From an uncultured beta proteobacterium (GTDB lineage: Bacteria; Pseudomonadota; Gammaproteobacteria; Burkholderiales; SG8-41): a stretch of 64,000 nucleotides of DNA. Below are positions 9,495-17,779 of the stretch, piece by piece. Each line of letters starts with the position of its first letter. Positions within the stretch are counted from its first letter, which is position 1. The notes beneath the pieces were generated by a model, which worked only from the letters and a program-made list of their open reading frames with translations, had not been told where the DNA came from and made no database searches. Position numbers and translations under genes: made by a program. Location of the stretch: NCBI GenBank assembly GCA_903889565.1, contig CAISYC010000012.1, positions 52,626 through 116,625 on the forward strand, in the 5' to 3' direction.

Positions 9495-10676
9495 CTATTT
9501 CATGTTGACCCAGGACAGCGGATCGAACGCTTTGCCCTGATGCCGGATTTCAAAGTATAAACCGTAATCCGTGTTCCCGCCGCTGTTCCCGACGGTGGCG
9601 ACCGTCTCGCCGCCCTTGGCCGCCTGACCGACCTGCTTGAACAGCGACTCGTTGTTGCCATAGAGGCTCATATAGCCGCCGCCGTGGTCGATGATCAAGA
9701 GGTTGCCGAAGCCGCGCAGCCAGTCGGCAAAGACCACGCGCCCGTTGGCAATCGCCCGCACCTCCTGACGCGCGGGGCTGGCAATAAAGACCCCTTTCCA
9801 GGAAAGGCCGCCGTCAACTCTTGGGCTGCCAAAACGGCCGCGAAGTTCCCCGCGCACCGGCAAATTCAGTTTGCCCTTGAGATCGACGAAGGCGCTGCCG
9901 TCGGTGGCAGCGTCCGGCACGCGGTCATTGCGCAGGGTTTCGGCGCGCGAGCGGGCGATGACCTGACCCAGTTGTTCAACCAGCTTCGCCAGCCGTTGTT
10001 CGTCGCGCTGCAGGGTGGTGATTTCGCGCCGCTGGCTTTCAATCTGGCGCGATACCTTGAGTAGCACTTCGCGGCGCGCGCGCTTCTCGCTTTCGAGCCG
10101 GTCGCGCTGGTTTTGCTGCGCGGCCTGCACGGCGGCGAGTTCGTTGCTTTGCTGGCGTGTTTCCTGTGTGAGGCTGTCGACGCGGGCCAGATTCGTGCGC
10201 AGGCCGCCGATGAGATCGTTGCGCAGCCGCGACAGATAGGTCAAATAGTGCAGTTCGCGCGCAATCTGGTTGGGATCTTCACGATTGAGCAGAAGCTTCA
10301 GCGTGTCGGCCTGTCCGCCGACGTATTGCTGATAGAGCTGGCGGGCGAGCAGTCGCTGTTGTGTCTGAATGTCGCCGCCGGCGCGTTTGCCCTGTTGTTG
10401 CAGTTCGGCGAGGCGTGACTGGATATCGCGTTGCTGGCCGGCCAGTTCGCGCAGCGTGCGGTTCGATTCCGAGATCGCATGTTCGGAGTCCTGCAAGGCG
10501 TCGGCCGCTTCCCCGCGCGCGCCCTCCGCGGCGGCCAGTCGCTTCTGCAGCGCTTCGATACGGCCGCGCAACTGGTTCAGTTCTTCTTTTTGCGGTGGCG
10601 TGGTGGCGGCGCTGGCGACGCCCGCGGCGCACAGCAGCGCCGCCATCAGTGCAATGCAAATGCGGGGGCTAGGCAA
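9495..10676 (-). CDS. envC: Murein hydrolase activator EnvC-like (coiled coil plus M23/LytM domain)
   Basis: Signal peptide, a long Gln/Arg/Leu coiled-coil region and a C-terminal LytM domain (LLIIDHGGGYMSLYGNN...GNSGG...LYFEIRHQGK). gpmI-envC-ctp synteny supports it. Confidence 0.8.
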   Translation of the reverse strand: MPSPRICIALMAALLCAAGVASAATTPPQKEELNQLRGRIEALQKRLAAAEGARGEAADALQDSEHAISESNRTLRELAGQQRDIQSRLAELQQQGKRAGGDIQTQQRLLARQLYQQYVGGQADTLKLLLNREDPNQIARELHYLTYLSRLRNDLIGGLRTNLARVDSLTQETRQQSNELAAVQAAQQNQRDRLESEKRARREVLLKVSRQIESQRREITTLQRDEQRLAKLVEQLGQVIARSRAETLRNDRVPDAATDGSAFVDLKGKLNLPVRGELRGRFGSPRVDGGLSWKGVFIASPARQEVRAIANGRVVFADWLRGFGNLLIIDHGGGYMSLYGNNESLFKQVGQAAKGGETVATVGNSGGNTDYGLYFEIRHQGKAFDPLSWVNMK

Positions 10677-12207
10677 ATTCGATCAACGGCTTGCCGGTCA
10701 TTTCCGGCGGTTGCGGCAGGCCCATCATGCGCAACAGCGTCGGCGCGACATCGCAGAGGGCGCCGCCGTTGGCGATTTTGGCCTTGCGTCCGATATAGAG
10801 CAGCGGCACCAGATTGAGCGTGTGCGCGGTATGCGGCTGGTGATTGACCTCGTCGAGCATGGTTTCGGCATTGCCGTGATCGGCAGTAATCAGGACTTCG
10901 CCACCGATCGCCTGCATCGCCTTGATCACGCGGCCGAGACATTCGTCTAGCACTTCGATCGCGCGGGTTGCTGCCGACAGAATGCCGGTGTGGCCGACCA
11001 TGTCGCCGTTGGCGAAATTGCAGACGATGGCATCGTATTTGCGCGACTCGATGGCGGCGACCAGCTTGTCGGTCACTTTGTACGCGCTCATCTCCGGTTT
11101 CAGATCGTAGGTCGCGACTTTCGGCGACGGCACCAGCACGCGGTCTTCGCCCGGATTCGGCGTTTCGATGCCGCCATTGAAAAAGTAGGTAACGTGCGCG
11201 TATTTCTCGGTTTCGGCGATGCGCAGTTGCTTGAGTCCCTGTTTCGCGATGTATTCGCCGAAACCGTTGGCCACGCTCTGCGGCGCGAAGGCGGCCGGCA
11301 GATCGAAATCTTCGCCGTAGCTGGTGAGCGTGCAGTAGTACGCGAGTTTGGGCGTGCGCGCGCGCGCGAAGCCGCTGAAGCCGGGGTCGGTCAATGCGCG
11401 CGTCATCTGGCGCGCGCGGTCGGCGCGGAAATTCATGAACACGACGGCATCGCCGTCGTTCATTTGCGTAGGCGTGCCGCCGGGAGGAACGATGGCTGTT
11501 GCTTTGACGAATTCGTCGTTTTCGCCGCGCACGTAGGCGTCGCGCAGTGCATCGACCGCAGTGGCGGCTTGAAAGGCGGCTTTGCCCGCGGTCAGCAAAT
11601 CGTAGGCGACCTCGACGCGTTCCCAGCGCTGGTCGCGATCCATTGCGTAGTAGCGGCCGACCACCGAGGCGATGCGCCCGCCCTTCAATTCAGCGCATTT
11701 TTTCTGCAACGCGACGAGCGACGCTTCGGCGCTGCGCGGCGGCGTGTCGCGGCCGTCGAGAAAGGCGTGCACGCAGACATCTTTTGCGCCGCCCTTGACC
11801 GCCATTTCGAGCATCGCCGCTATCTGCATTTCGTGACTGTGCACGCCGCCCGGCGACAACAGGCCGAGGATGTGCAGGGTCGAGCCGTTGTCACGCGCGG
11901 TATCGACCGCTTTTTTGAGCACCGGATTGGCGGCGAATTCGCCGCTTTCAATGGCCGCTTCGATACGCGTGAAATCCTGATAGACGACGCGGCCCGATCC
12001 TATGTTGAGGTGGCCGACCTCCGAATTGCCCATCTGCGCGGTCGGCAGCCCGACCCATTTCTCGGAGGCGTCGATGATGGTGTGCGGATAACTGCCCCAG
12101 AAAAAATTCCAGTGTGGTTTGCGGGCCTGGCAGATCGCGTTGTTGTCACATTCTTCGCGATAGCCGAAGCCGTCGAGTATGATCAGCAGGACGGGCGTCA
12201 CGGTCAT
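10669..12207 (-). CDS. gpmI: 2,3-bisphosphoglycerate-independent phosphoglycerate mutase
   Basis: 512 aa: LIILDGFG, GNSEVGHLNIGSGR, HAFLDGRDT, ITADHGNAE. Confidence 0.93.
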   Translation of the reverse strand: MTVTPVLLIILDGFGYREECDNNAICQARKPHWNFFWGSYPHTIIDASEKWVGLPTAQMGNSEVGHLNIGSGRVVYQDFTRIEAAIESGEFAANPVLKKAVDTARDNGSTLHILGLLSPGGVHSHEMQIAAMLEMAVKGGAKDVCVHAFLDGRDTPPRSAEASLVALQKKCAELKGGRIASVVGRYYAMDRDQRWERVEVAYDLLTAGKAAFQAATAVDALRDAYVRGENDEFVKATAIVPPGGTPTQMNDGDAVVFMNFRADRARQMTRALTDPGFSGFARARTPKLAYYCTLTSYGEDFDLPAAFAPQSVANGFGEYIAKQGLKQLRIAETEKYAHVTYFFNGGIETPNPGEDRVLVPSPKVATYDLKPEMSAYKVTDKLVAAIESRKYDAIVCNFANGDMVGHTGILSAATRAIEVLDECLGRVIKAMQAIGGEVLITADHGNAETMLDEVNHQPHTAHTLNLVPLLYIGRKAKIANGGALCDVAPTLLRMMGLPQPPEMTGKPLIEFA

Positions 12208-12394
12208 GATTGGACGGCTGCTTCGCGAGAGGTTTGCGCGGAAATGCCGTCGTTTATTTTAAGCCAATTCCAACCGGCTCGCGCCGGCGCCCGGGGCCGG
12301 CCGTCGATTGCCCGGATGCGGTTGTTTTCCCCTTGTCGGGCGGTATTGTAAAATCTCCGCCTTGCGTTCGCGCTGAACCCCCAAAGGAATCACC

Positions 12395-12832
12395 TTGGAT
12401 CCGACTTTCCTCACCTTTTTGCAAAAAAGCCCGTTCAACATGCTGTTGTTCGGAACCGCGCTGGCGTCCGGCGGCATGTTGTTGTGGCCGCTGTTCGGCC
12501 GGCTCGCCGGCGCCGCTGCCCCGCAGGTCGGTCCGTTCGAAGCCGTGCAGTTGATCAACCGGCGCGACGCGCTGATCATCGACGTGCGCGATGCGGCGGC
12601 GTTTGCGGCCGGGCATGTGCCGAACTCGCGCCATATTCCGCTCGCCGAACTGGCCGGGCGCGTAGGCGAACTGCAGAAATTCAAGACGCGCCCGGTGGTG
12701 ACGAATTGCGGCGCTGGCGCCGCCGCGTCCAAGGCCTGCACCACGCTCAAACAGGCCGGGTTTAACGAGGTTTTCGCATTGCGTGGCGGCATGACCGGAT
12801 GGGCAGAGGCGAGCCTGCCGGTGGAGAAATAG
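12395..12832 (+). CDS. Membrane-anchored rhodanese-domain protein
   Basis: N-terminal hydrophobic segment, then a rhodanese fold (LIIDVRDAAAFAAGHVPNSRHIPL...VVTNCGAG...GGMTGW). The start is a TTG with AAGGAA upstream. An alternative ATG is at 12440. Confidence 0.7.
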   Translation: MDPTFLTFLQKSPFNMLLFGTALASGGMLLWPLFGRLAGAAAPQVGPFEAVQLINRRDALIIDVRDAAAFAAGHVPNSRHIPLAELAGRVGELQKFKTRPVVTNCGAGAAASKACTTLKQAGFNEVFALRGGMTGWAEASLPVEK

Positions 12833-12833
12833 C

Positions 12834-13088
12834 ATGGCGGCCGTGCGCATGTACTGTACGGGTTCCTGTCCGTATTGCGTGATGGCGGAACGCCTGCTGA
12901 CGGCAAAAAAAGTGGCGATTGAAAAAATACGCGTCGATCTCGATCCGGAAAAACGCGGCGAAATGATGCAGCTGACGGGCCGCCGCACGGTGCCGCAGAT
13001 CTACATCGGCGAAACGCACGTCGGCGGATACGACGACCTTGCAGACCTCGATCAGGCCGGCAAGCTGGATGACATGCTGCGCGGCTGA
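12834..13088 (+). CDS. grxC: Glutaredoxin 3
   Basis: 84 aa with CPYC active site, TVPQIYIG and GGYDD. Confidence 0.9.
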   Translation: MAAVRMYCTGSCPYCVMAERLLTAKKVAIEKIRVDLDPEKRGEMMQLTGRRTVPQIYIGETHVGGYDDLADLDQAGKLDDMLRG

Positions 13089-13117
13089 TCGCGCGCAAAA
13101 CCTTTCTGGAAGACAAC

Positions 13118-13570
13118 ATGAGTGAACTGCCGCAACCGACCTTCAGCATTGAAAAAATCTACATCAAGGATCTGTCCGTCGAGGTGCCGAACGCGCCCGA
13201 GGTGTTCAGCGAGCGCGAAGCGCCCACGGTCAACCTGGATATCAACAGCGAAACGCGCGAAGTGCAGGCCGGCATTTTCGAAGTCGTGCTGAAGGTCACC
13301 ATCACCGCCAAGATCAACGACAAGGCGCTGTTTCTGGTCGAGGCGGCGCAAGCCGGCCTGTTCCAGATTCGCAATGTGCCGCAGGAAGACATGGGCCCGC
13401 TGCTCGGCATCGCCTGTCCGAACACGCTGTTTCCCTACGTGCGCGAAACCATTTCGATGGTGACTTCGCGCGCGGGCTTTCCGCCGGTGGTGCTGGCGCC
13501 GATGACCTTCGACGGACTCTACCAGCAGCAGGTCGCGCAACAGCAGGCCGCGGGTGCCAAGCCGAATTGA
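13118..13570 (+). CDS. secB: Protein-export chaperone SecB
   Basis: FSIEKIYIKDLSVEVPNAP...LFPYVRETISMVTSRAGFPPVVLAPMTF is typical of SecB. grxC-secB-gpsA synteny supports it. Confidence 0.9.
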   Translation: MSELPQPTFSIEKIYIKDLSVEVPNAPEVFSEREAPTVNLDINSETREVQAGIFEVVLKVTITAKINDKALFLVEAAQAGLFQIRNVPQEDMGPLLGIACPNTLFPYVRETISMVTSRAGFPPVVLAPMTFDGLYQQQVAQQQAAGAKPN

Positions 13571-13586
13571 TTCAGTGAAGGTGCGC

Positions 13587-14012
13587 ATGGCGCTGTGCGC
13601 CCTGCTGTTCGCGCCGGTGACGGTGATGGCGACCGATTTTCGGTCGATCGGCGAGGCCGCAGCGATTCTCTACGACGCGCCCTCGCTGAAGGCGCGCAAA
13701 ACCGCGGTGATCGGCCGCGCCTATCCCGTCGAGATCGTGGTCACGGTCGAGGGGTGGGTAAAAATTCGCGACGCGGCCGGCGAACTTTCGTGGATCGAGG
13801 CGAAAAGCCTGGGCGACAAGCGCACGCTGATGGTCAAGGTCAAGCTTGCCGATATCCGTCAGTCGGCTGCGGACAACGCGCCGCTGGTGTTTCAGGCCGA
13901 ACAGAACGTGCTGCTCGATCTGGTCGAATTGACCGGCACCGGCTGGGCGCGCGTGATGCACCGCGACGGCCAGAGCGGATTCGTCCGCATCAACCAGGTC
14001 TGGGGCACATGA
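13587..14012 (+). CDS. Secreted SH3-like domain protein (function unknown)
   Basis: Signal peptide MALCALLFAPVTVMA, then a bacterial SH3-like pattern (YPVEIVVTVEGWVKIRDAAGELSWIE...GWARVMHRDGQSGFV). The stop overlaps the gpsA start (ATGA). Confidence 0.55.
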   Translation: MALCALLFAPVTVMATDFRSIGEAAAILYDAPSLKARKTAVIGRAYPVEIVVTVEGWVKIRDAAGELSWIEAKSLGDKRTLMVKVKLADIRQSAADNAPLVFQAEQNVLLDLVELTGTGWARVMHRDGQSGFVRINQVWGT

Positions 14013-14995
14013 AGCTCGCGGTGCTGGGGGCAGGCGCATGGGGCACGGCGATCAGCATCAGTCTGGCGACGCGTCACGCGGTAAGCCTGTGGGCACGCGA
14101 CGCGGCGGTGGCGGAAGAGTTGACCGCGACGCGCGTCAATTTGCGTTATCTGCCCGACGCGAAACTACCGGCGCAGGTCGCGATTTCCGCGCGCTTTGAA
14201 GAAGTAATTGATGGTTGCGAAATTGTGCTGGTGGCGACGCCGACGGCCGGTTTGCGTGCTGCGCTTCGCCAGATTGCGACGGCGCGCGTTCAGGTGCCGG
14301 TGGTGTGGCTGTGCAAGGGCTTCGAGGGCGGGACGGCGCAATTGCCACACGAAATCGCGGCAGCGGAATTGCCTGACTCGACGCCGCGCGCTGCGTTGTC
14401 CGGCCCGAGTTTCGCGCAGGAAGTCGCGCGCGGTTTGCCGACCGCGTTGACGCTCGCGAGCAACGATGGTGATTTCGCGGCGCGTACGGCGCGCGAACTG
14501 CACGCGCAGTCGCTGCGTATCTATTCGAGCGACGATTTGCCCGGCGTGGAGGTCGCCGGTGCGGTAAAAAACGTGATGGCGATTGCCTCAGGCATCAGCG
14601 ATGGCCTCGGTCTGGGCGCGAACGCCCGCGCCGCGCTGATCACGCGCGGTCTCGCCGAGATTACGCGGCTGGGGCTGAAGCTCGGCGGCCGCATGGAAAC
14701 CTTCATGGGGCTCACCGGGGTCGGCGATTTGATTCTGACGGCAACGGGGGATTTGTCGCGCAACCGTCGCGTTGGCCTCAAGCTGGCGCAGGGCATCAAA
14801 ACGGATGCTATTTTGCATGAACTCGGGCACGTCGCCGAAGGCGTGCATACCGCGCGCGAAGTCATTCGGCTGGCGATTGCATTGTCGATTGAAATGCCGA
14901 TTACGTACGCGGTCTGCCGGGTCTTGGACCAATCGGTATCGCCCGCCGAAGCCGTCAAGGAATTGCTGCGGCGCGACCCCAAGGCCGAATACTGA
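14009..14995 (+). CDS. gpsA: NAD(P)H-dependent glycerol-3-phosphate dehydrogenase
   Basis: Taken from the ATG at 14009: MKLAVLGAGAWGTA (Rossmann fold), later SGPSFAQEV and NVMAIASG. The long upstream extension in the ORF track is rejected. Confidence 0.9.
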   Translation: MKLAVLGAGAWGTAISISLATRHAVSLWARDAAVAEELTATRVNLRYLPDAKLPAQVAISARFEEVIDGCEIVLVATPTAGLRAALRQIATARVQVPVVWLCKGFEGGTAQLPHEIAAAELPDSTPRAALSGPSFAQEVARGLPTALTLASNDGDFAARTARELHAQSLRIYSSDDLPGVEVAGAVKNVMAIASGISDGLGLGANARAALITRGLAEITRLGLKLGGRMETFMGLTGVGDLILTATGDLSRNRRVGLKLAQGIKTDAILHELGHVAEGVHTAREVIRLAIALSIEMPITYAVCRVLDQSVSPAEAVKELLRRDPKAEY

Positions 14996-15342
14996 CGCGT
15001 TACCGGCTCGTCGGCGCCGACGTCATTTCGCCGGTCCCAGTCCGGAACGGAATCGAAATTCCTCGCATTGTCCTTCCTCAACCGAGGAAACAGGGACTAT
15101 CCCCAGGCGGGCGATCTTTTAACTTATTGAAATAAAACACTATATTTTGTAGTGTGACTTAAGTCTCGCTTGCGAAGGGTTTTTTTCATTAAAATTCCGA
15201 TACTTGGCGCGAAGTTTGCGAGTGCCTCCTGATGTTCGGGTCGAACCAAGTCATGGGCACCGCGAGCAGTTAGATGTCCGCAACGCGTAGCACCGGGAAT
15301 TAATGAAACGAACCAGCCAAAAAGCACTCCGGCAGCAAGCTG

Positions 15343-15933
15343 GTGACAGTGGCGGTCGCGGCGTGTTTTGCCGGACGGTTTGCGTACGCGAACCCTGTGG
15401 GTCCGACGGTCGTCAGCGGGCGGGCCAGCATCACCAGTAGCGGCGGTTTGTTGTCGGTCATCAACACGCCCGGCGCGATCATCAACTGGCAACAGTTTTC
15501 GATCGGCGCGGCGGAAACCACGCGCTTCATCCAGCAGTCGGCGGCGAGCACGGTGCTCAACCGCGTAGTTGGTGTTGACCCCTCGATCATTCTCGGCACC
15601 TTGCAATCGAACGGCCGCGTTTTCCTGATCAATCCGAACGGCATGTTCTTCGGCGCCAATGCGAGAATCGATGTCGCCGGATTGGTCGCTTCGACGCTGA
15701 ATATTTCGAACGACGATTTTCTCGCCGGCCGCATGAATTTCAGCGCCGACCCCGGATATGCCGCGCCGGTCATCAACATGGGCAACATCAAAACGAGGCC
15801 GGGCGGCAGCGTTTACCTGATCGGCTCGGCGGTCGACAACCAGGGGGTCATCAATGCACCCGGCGGCGACATTGTGCTGGCTGCCGGCAGCTCGGTGCGC
15901 GAGCGTGACGAGTCTCGCGCGGGTGGCGGGTGA
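15343..15933 (+). pseudogene. TPS (haemagglutination-activity) secretion domain of a filamentous-haemagglutinin-like TpsA exoprotein, frame-broken
   Basis: ANPVGPTVVSG..INWQQFSIG..NRVVGVDPSIILG..FLINPNGMFFG..ARIDVAGLVASTLNISNDDF is a typical TPS domain. The frame terminates 33 nt into a repeat at 15933. The only in-frame starts are GTG/CTG, while a good ATG (15303) lies in another frame. Confidence 0.7.
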
Positions 15934-16039
15934 GAGCGTTGGCAGCTACAACGTGACGGCGGGGGTGTTCAGTGCGCCGAGCGGGAACTACAGTGCGCCG
16001 ACGTTCACGGGGAGCCCGACGTTGACGATCACGCCGGCG
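15900..16039 (+). repeat. Direct repeat copy 1 (140 bp, identical to 16197-16336)
   Basis: By eye, CGAGCGTGACGAGTCTCGCGCGGGTGGCGGGTGAGAGCG...GACGATCACGCCGGCG is identical in both copies. The period of 297 bp equals 99 codons. Confidence 0.85.
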
Positions 16040-16196
16040 GCGCTGACGGCGACGATCGCGAACCAGAGCATCGTGTATGGGAATAACGATCCGGCGGTGG
16101 GGACGATCACGCCGGTGGTGACGGGGCTGGTGAGCACCGGGCCGATCACGACGTGGAACGGGAGTGTTGCGGCGATCAACGACAGTGCGTTGACGT

Positions 16197-16336
16197 CGAG
16201 CGTGACGAGTCTCGCGCGGGTGGCGGGTGAGAGCGTTGGCAGCTACAACGTGACGGCGGGGGTGTTCAGTGCGCCGAGCGGGAACTACAGTGCGCCGACG
16301 TTCACGGGGAGCCCGACGTTGACGATCACGCCGGCG
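16197..16336 (+). repeat. Direct repeat copy 2 (140 bp, identical to 15900-16039)
   Basis: See copy 1. The sequence diverges after GCCGGCG, although the encoded modules remain homologous. Confidence 0.85.
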
Positions 16337-17109
16337 CCCACGGTTAGCGTTTCGATCATCGGCACGCCGACGAAAGTTTATGGCAGCAGTGATCCTCTGC
16401 CATCGGGTGCGTCAGTCGGGATCGCTGGCGCGGTGAATGCTGGCGTTAGCGACTGGAACGGCAACGTAACGCTGATTAACGATACCGTCCCGGCGAAATT
16501 GGCGGCGTCGGTTACTGGTTTGACTCGCGTCGCCGGTGAAAACGTCGGGACGTATAACTATACCGGTGGAACCGTGGCTTTGAGCGGCGGTTCGGCGACA
16601 AATTACGCGGGCGGCAATGTCATCGTCGGCGGGGCCCAGCTTGATATTACGCAGGCGTCGCTGACAATTGCTGCTAACGACGCTTCACGCAGTTTTGGTG
16701 TTTCCAATCCTCCTTTCACAGCGAGCTATTCGGGTTTTGCTTTTGGGGAAACTCCGGTTGTATTGACCGGATCAATCAATTTTGCCACCCCGGCGACGAT
16801 CGTTTCGCCGGTCGGCGTTTATCCGATCATTCCGTCCGGGCAGAGTTCGTCAAATTATGCGATTACCTATGTCAATGGCGCGCTGTCGGTGCTGACGCCG
16901 GGAGCCGGCGGCGGGCTTAGTGTTAATGTTCCGGTGCCGACGCAGGCGGCGGCCTTGCAGACGCTGGGCGTCAAGAGCTATGCCGAACTGTGGTCCGATT
17001 GTGTCGGGGGCGGCAAGGCATCGTCGGGCGGCGGCGTGGCCGGCGGCGCACAGCTGTCCTGCGATGCAGGCGGATCGCGCCGCACGGAGATTCCGCAATC
17101 CGGGGGCCT

Positions 17110-17583
17110 TTAGAGCGCTGTTCCGGCGCCGGGGAATCCATGCTGCCGCCATGCTTCGTAAGCGATCACCGCAACCGCGTTGGCCAGGTTCAGACTGCGG
17201 CTGCGCGGTGTCATCGGGATGCGCAACCGGCGCTGCTCGGGGAAGGTGGCCAGTATGTCCTCCGGCAACCCGCGCGTTTCGGGGCCGAACACAAAAACGT
17301 CGCCGGCGTTGTAGGCAGCCCGGTCGTGCTGCACGCTGCCGCGGGTGGTGATCGCATAGAGGCGCCGTCGGCCGAGCGCGGCAAGGCAGGCTTGCCAGTC
17401 GTCGTGCACGGTGTAGTCGGACCATTCGCGATAGTCCATGCCTGCGCGCGCGAGATGGCGGTCGGAAATTGAAAACCCCAGTGGACGCACCAGATGCAGG
17501 CGGCAGCCGGTATTGGCGCAGACGCGCATGATATTGCCGGTATTCGGCGGAATTTCCGGCTGGTAAAGAACGATTTCAAACAT
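17110..17583 (-). CDS. trmL: tRNA (cytidine(34)/5-carboxymethylaminomethyluridine(34)-2'-O)-methyltransferase TrmL (SpoU family)
   Basis: Taken from the ATG at 17583: MFEIVLYQPEIPPNTGNIMRVCANTGCRLHLVRPLGF...VFVFGPETRGLP...RIPM..RSLNLANAVAV. Confidence 0.87.
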   Translation of the reverse strand: MFEIVLYQPEIPPNTGNIMRVCANTGCRLHLVRPLGFSISDRHLARAGMDYREWSDYTVHDDWQACLAALGRRRLYAITTRGSVQHDRAAYNAGDVFVFGPETRGLPEDILATFPEQRRLRIPMTPRSRSLNLANAVAVIAYEAWRQHGFPGAGTAL

Positions 17584-17779
17584 GTGTTTCCCTGAATCAC
17601 CAACGTTGGCGCATGCGCGTGCTGGATCAAATCGGGAGTGTATCCTGCCGATAGACGACGGCACGCGGCGCGCCTTGTCACATCGGGCAAAACACGCTAA
17701 GTTGCCGCCAACATGCCCGGTGAATTCGTTGCCGGACATGGTCTGAAATTCACCCAGTCGAAACCGGAACAGAACCCAC

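Larger units (their letters stand above)
15854..17113 (+). pseudogene. MBG-type repeat region of the same TpsA-like exoprotein (+1 frame relative to the TPS domain)
   Basis: Repeated modules ...SLARVAGESVGSYNVTAG.FSAPSGNYSAPTF.GSPTLTITPA... and a terminal LTIAANDASRSFG..PPFTASYSGFAFGETPVVLTG...VGVYPIIPSGQSSSNYAITYVNGALSV. These are typical of MBG domains in giant haemagglutinin-like proteins. Homology starts near 15900, not at the ORF-track ATG. Confidence 0.65.

Noticed and set aside
14996-15100. Short palindromes after gpsA: CGTCGGC/GCCGACG, and TTCCTC-AACC-GAGGAA.
   Set aside because: The stems are short or loopless and no T-run follows, so there is not enough evidence to call a terminator.
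17607-17623. Sigma-54-like string TGGCGC-N-TGCT in the trmL/mshE intergenic region.
   Set aside because: The GG-to-GC spacing is one nucleotide too long and the -12 element (GTGCT) is poor. It is not comparable with the exact match at 21324.
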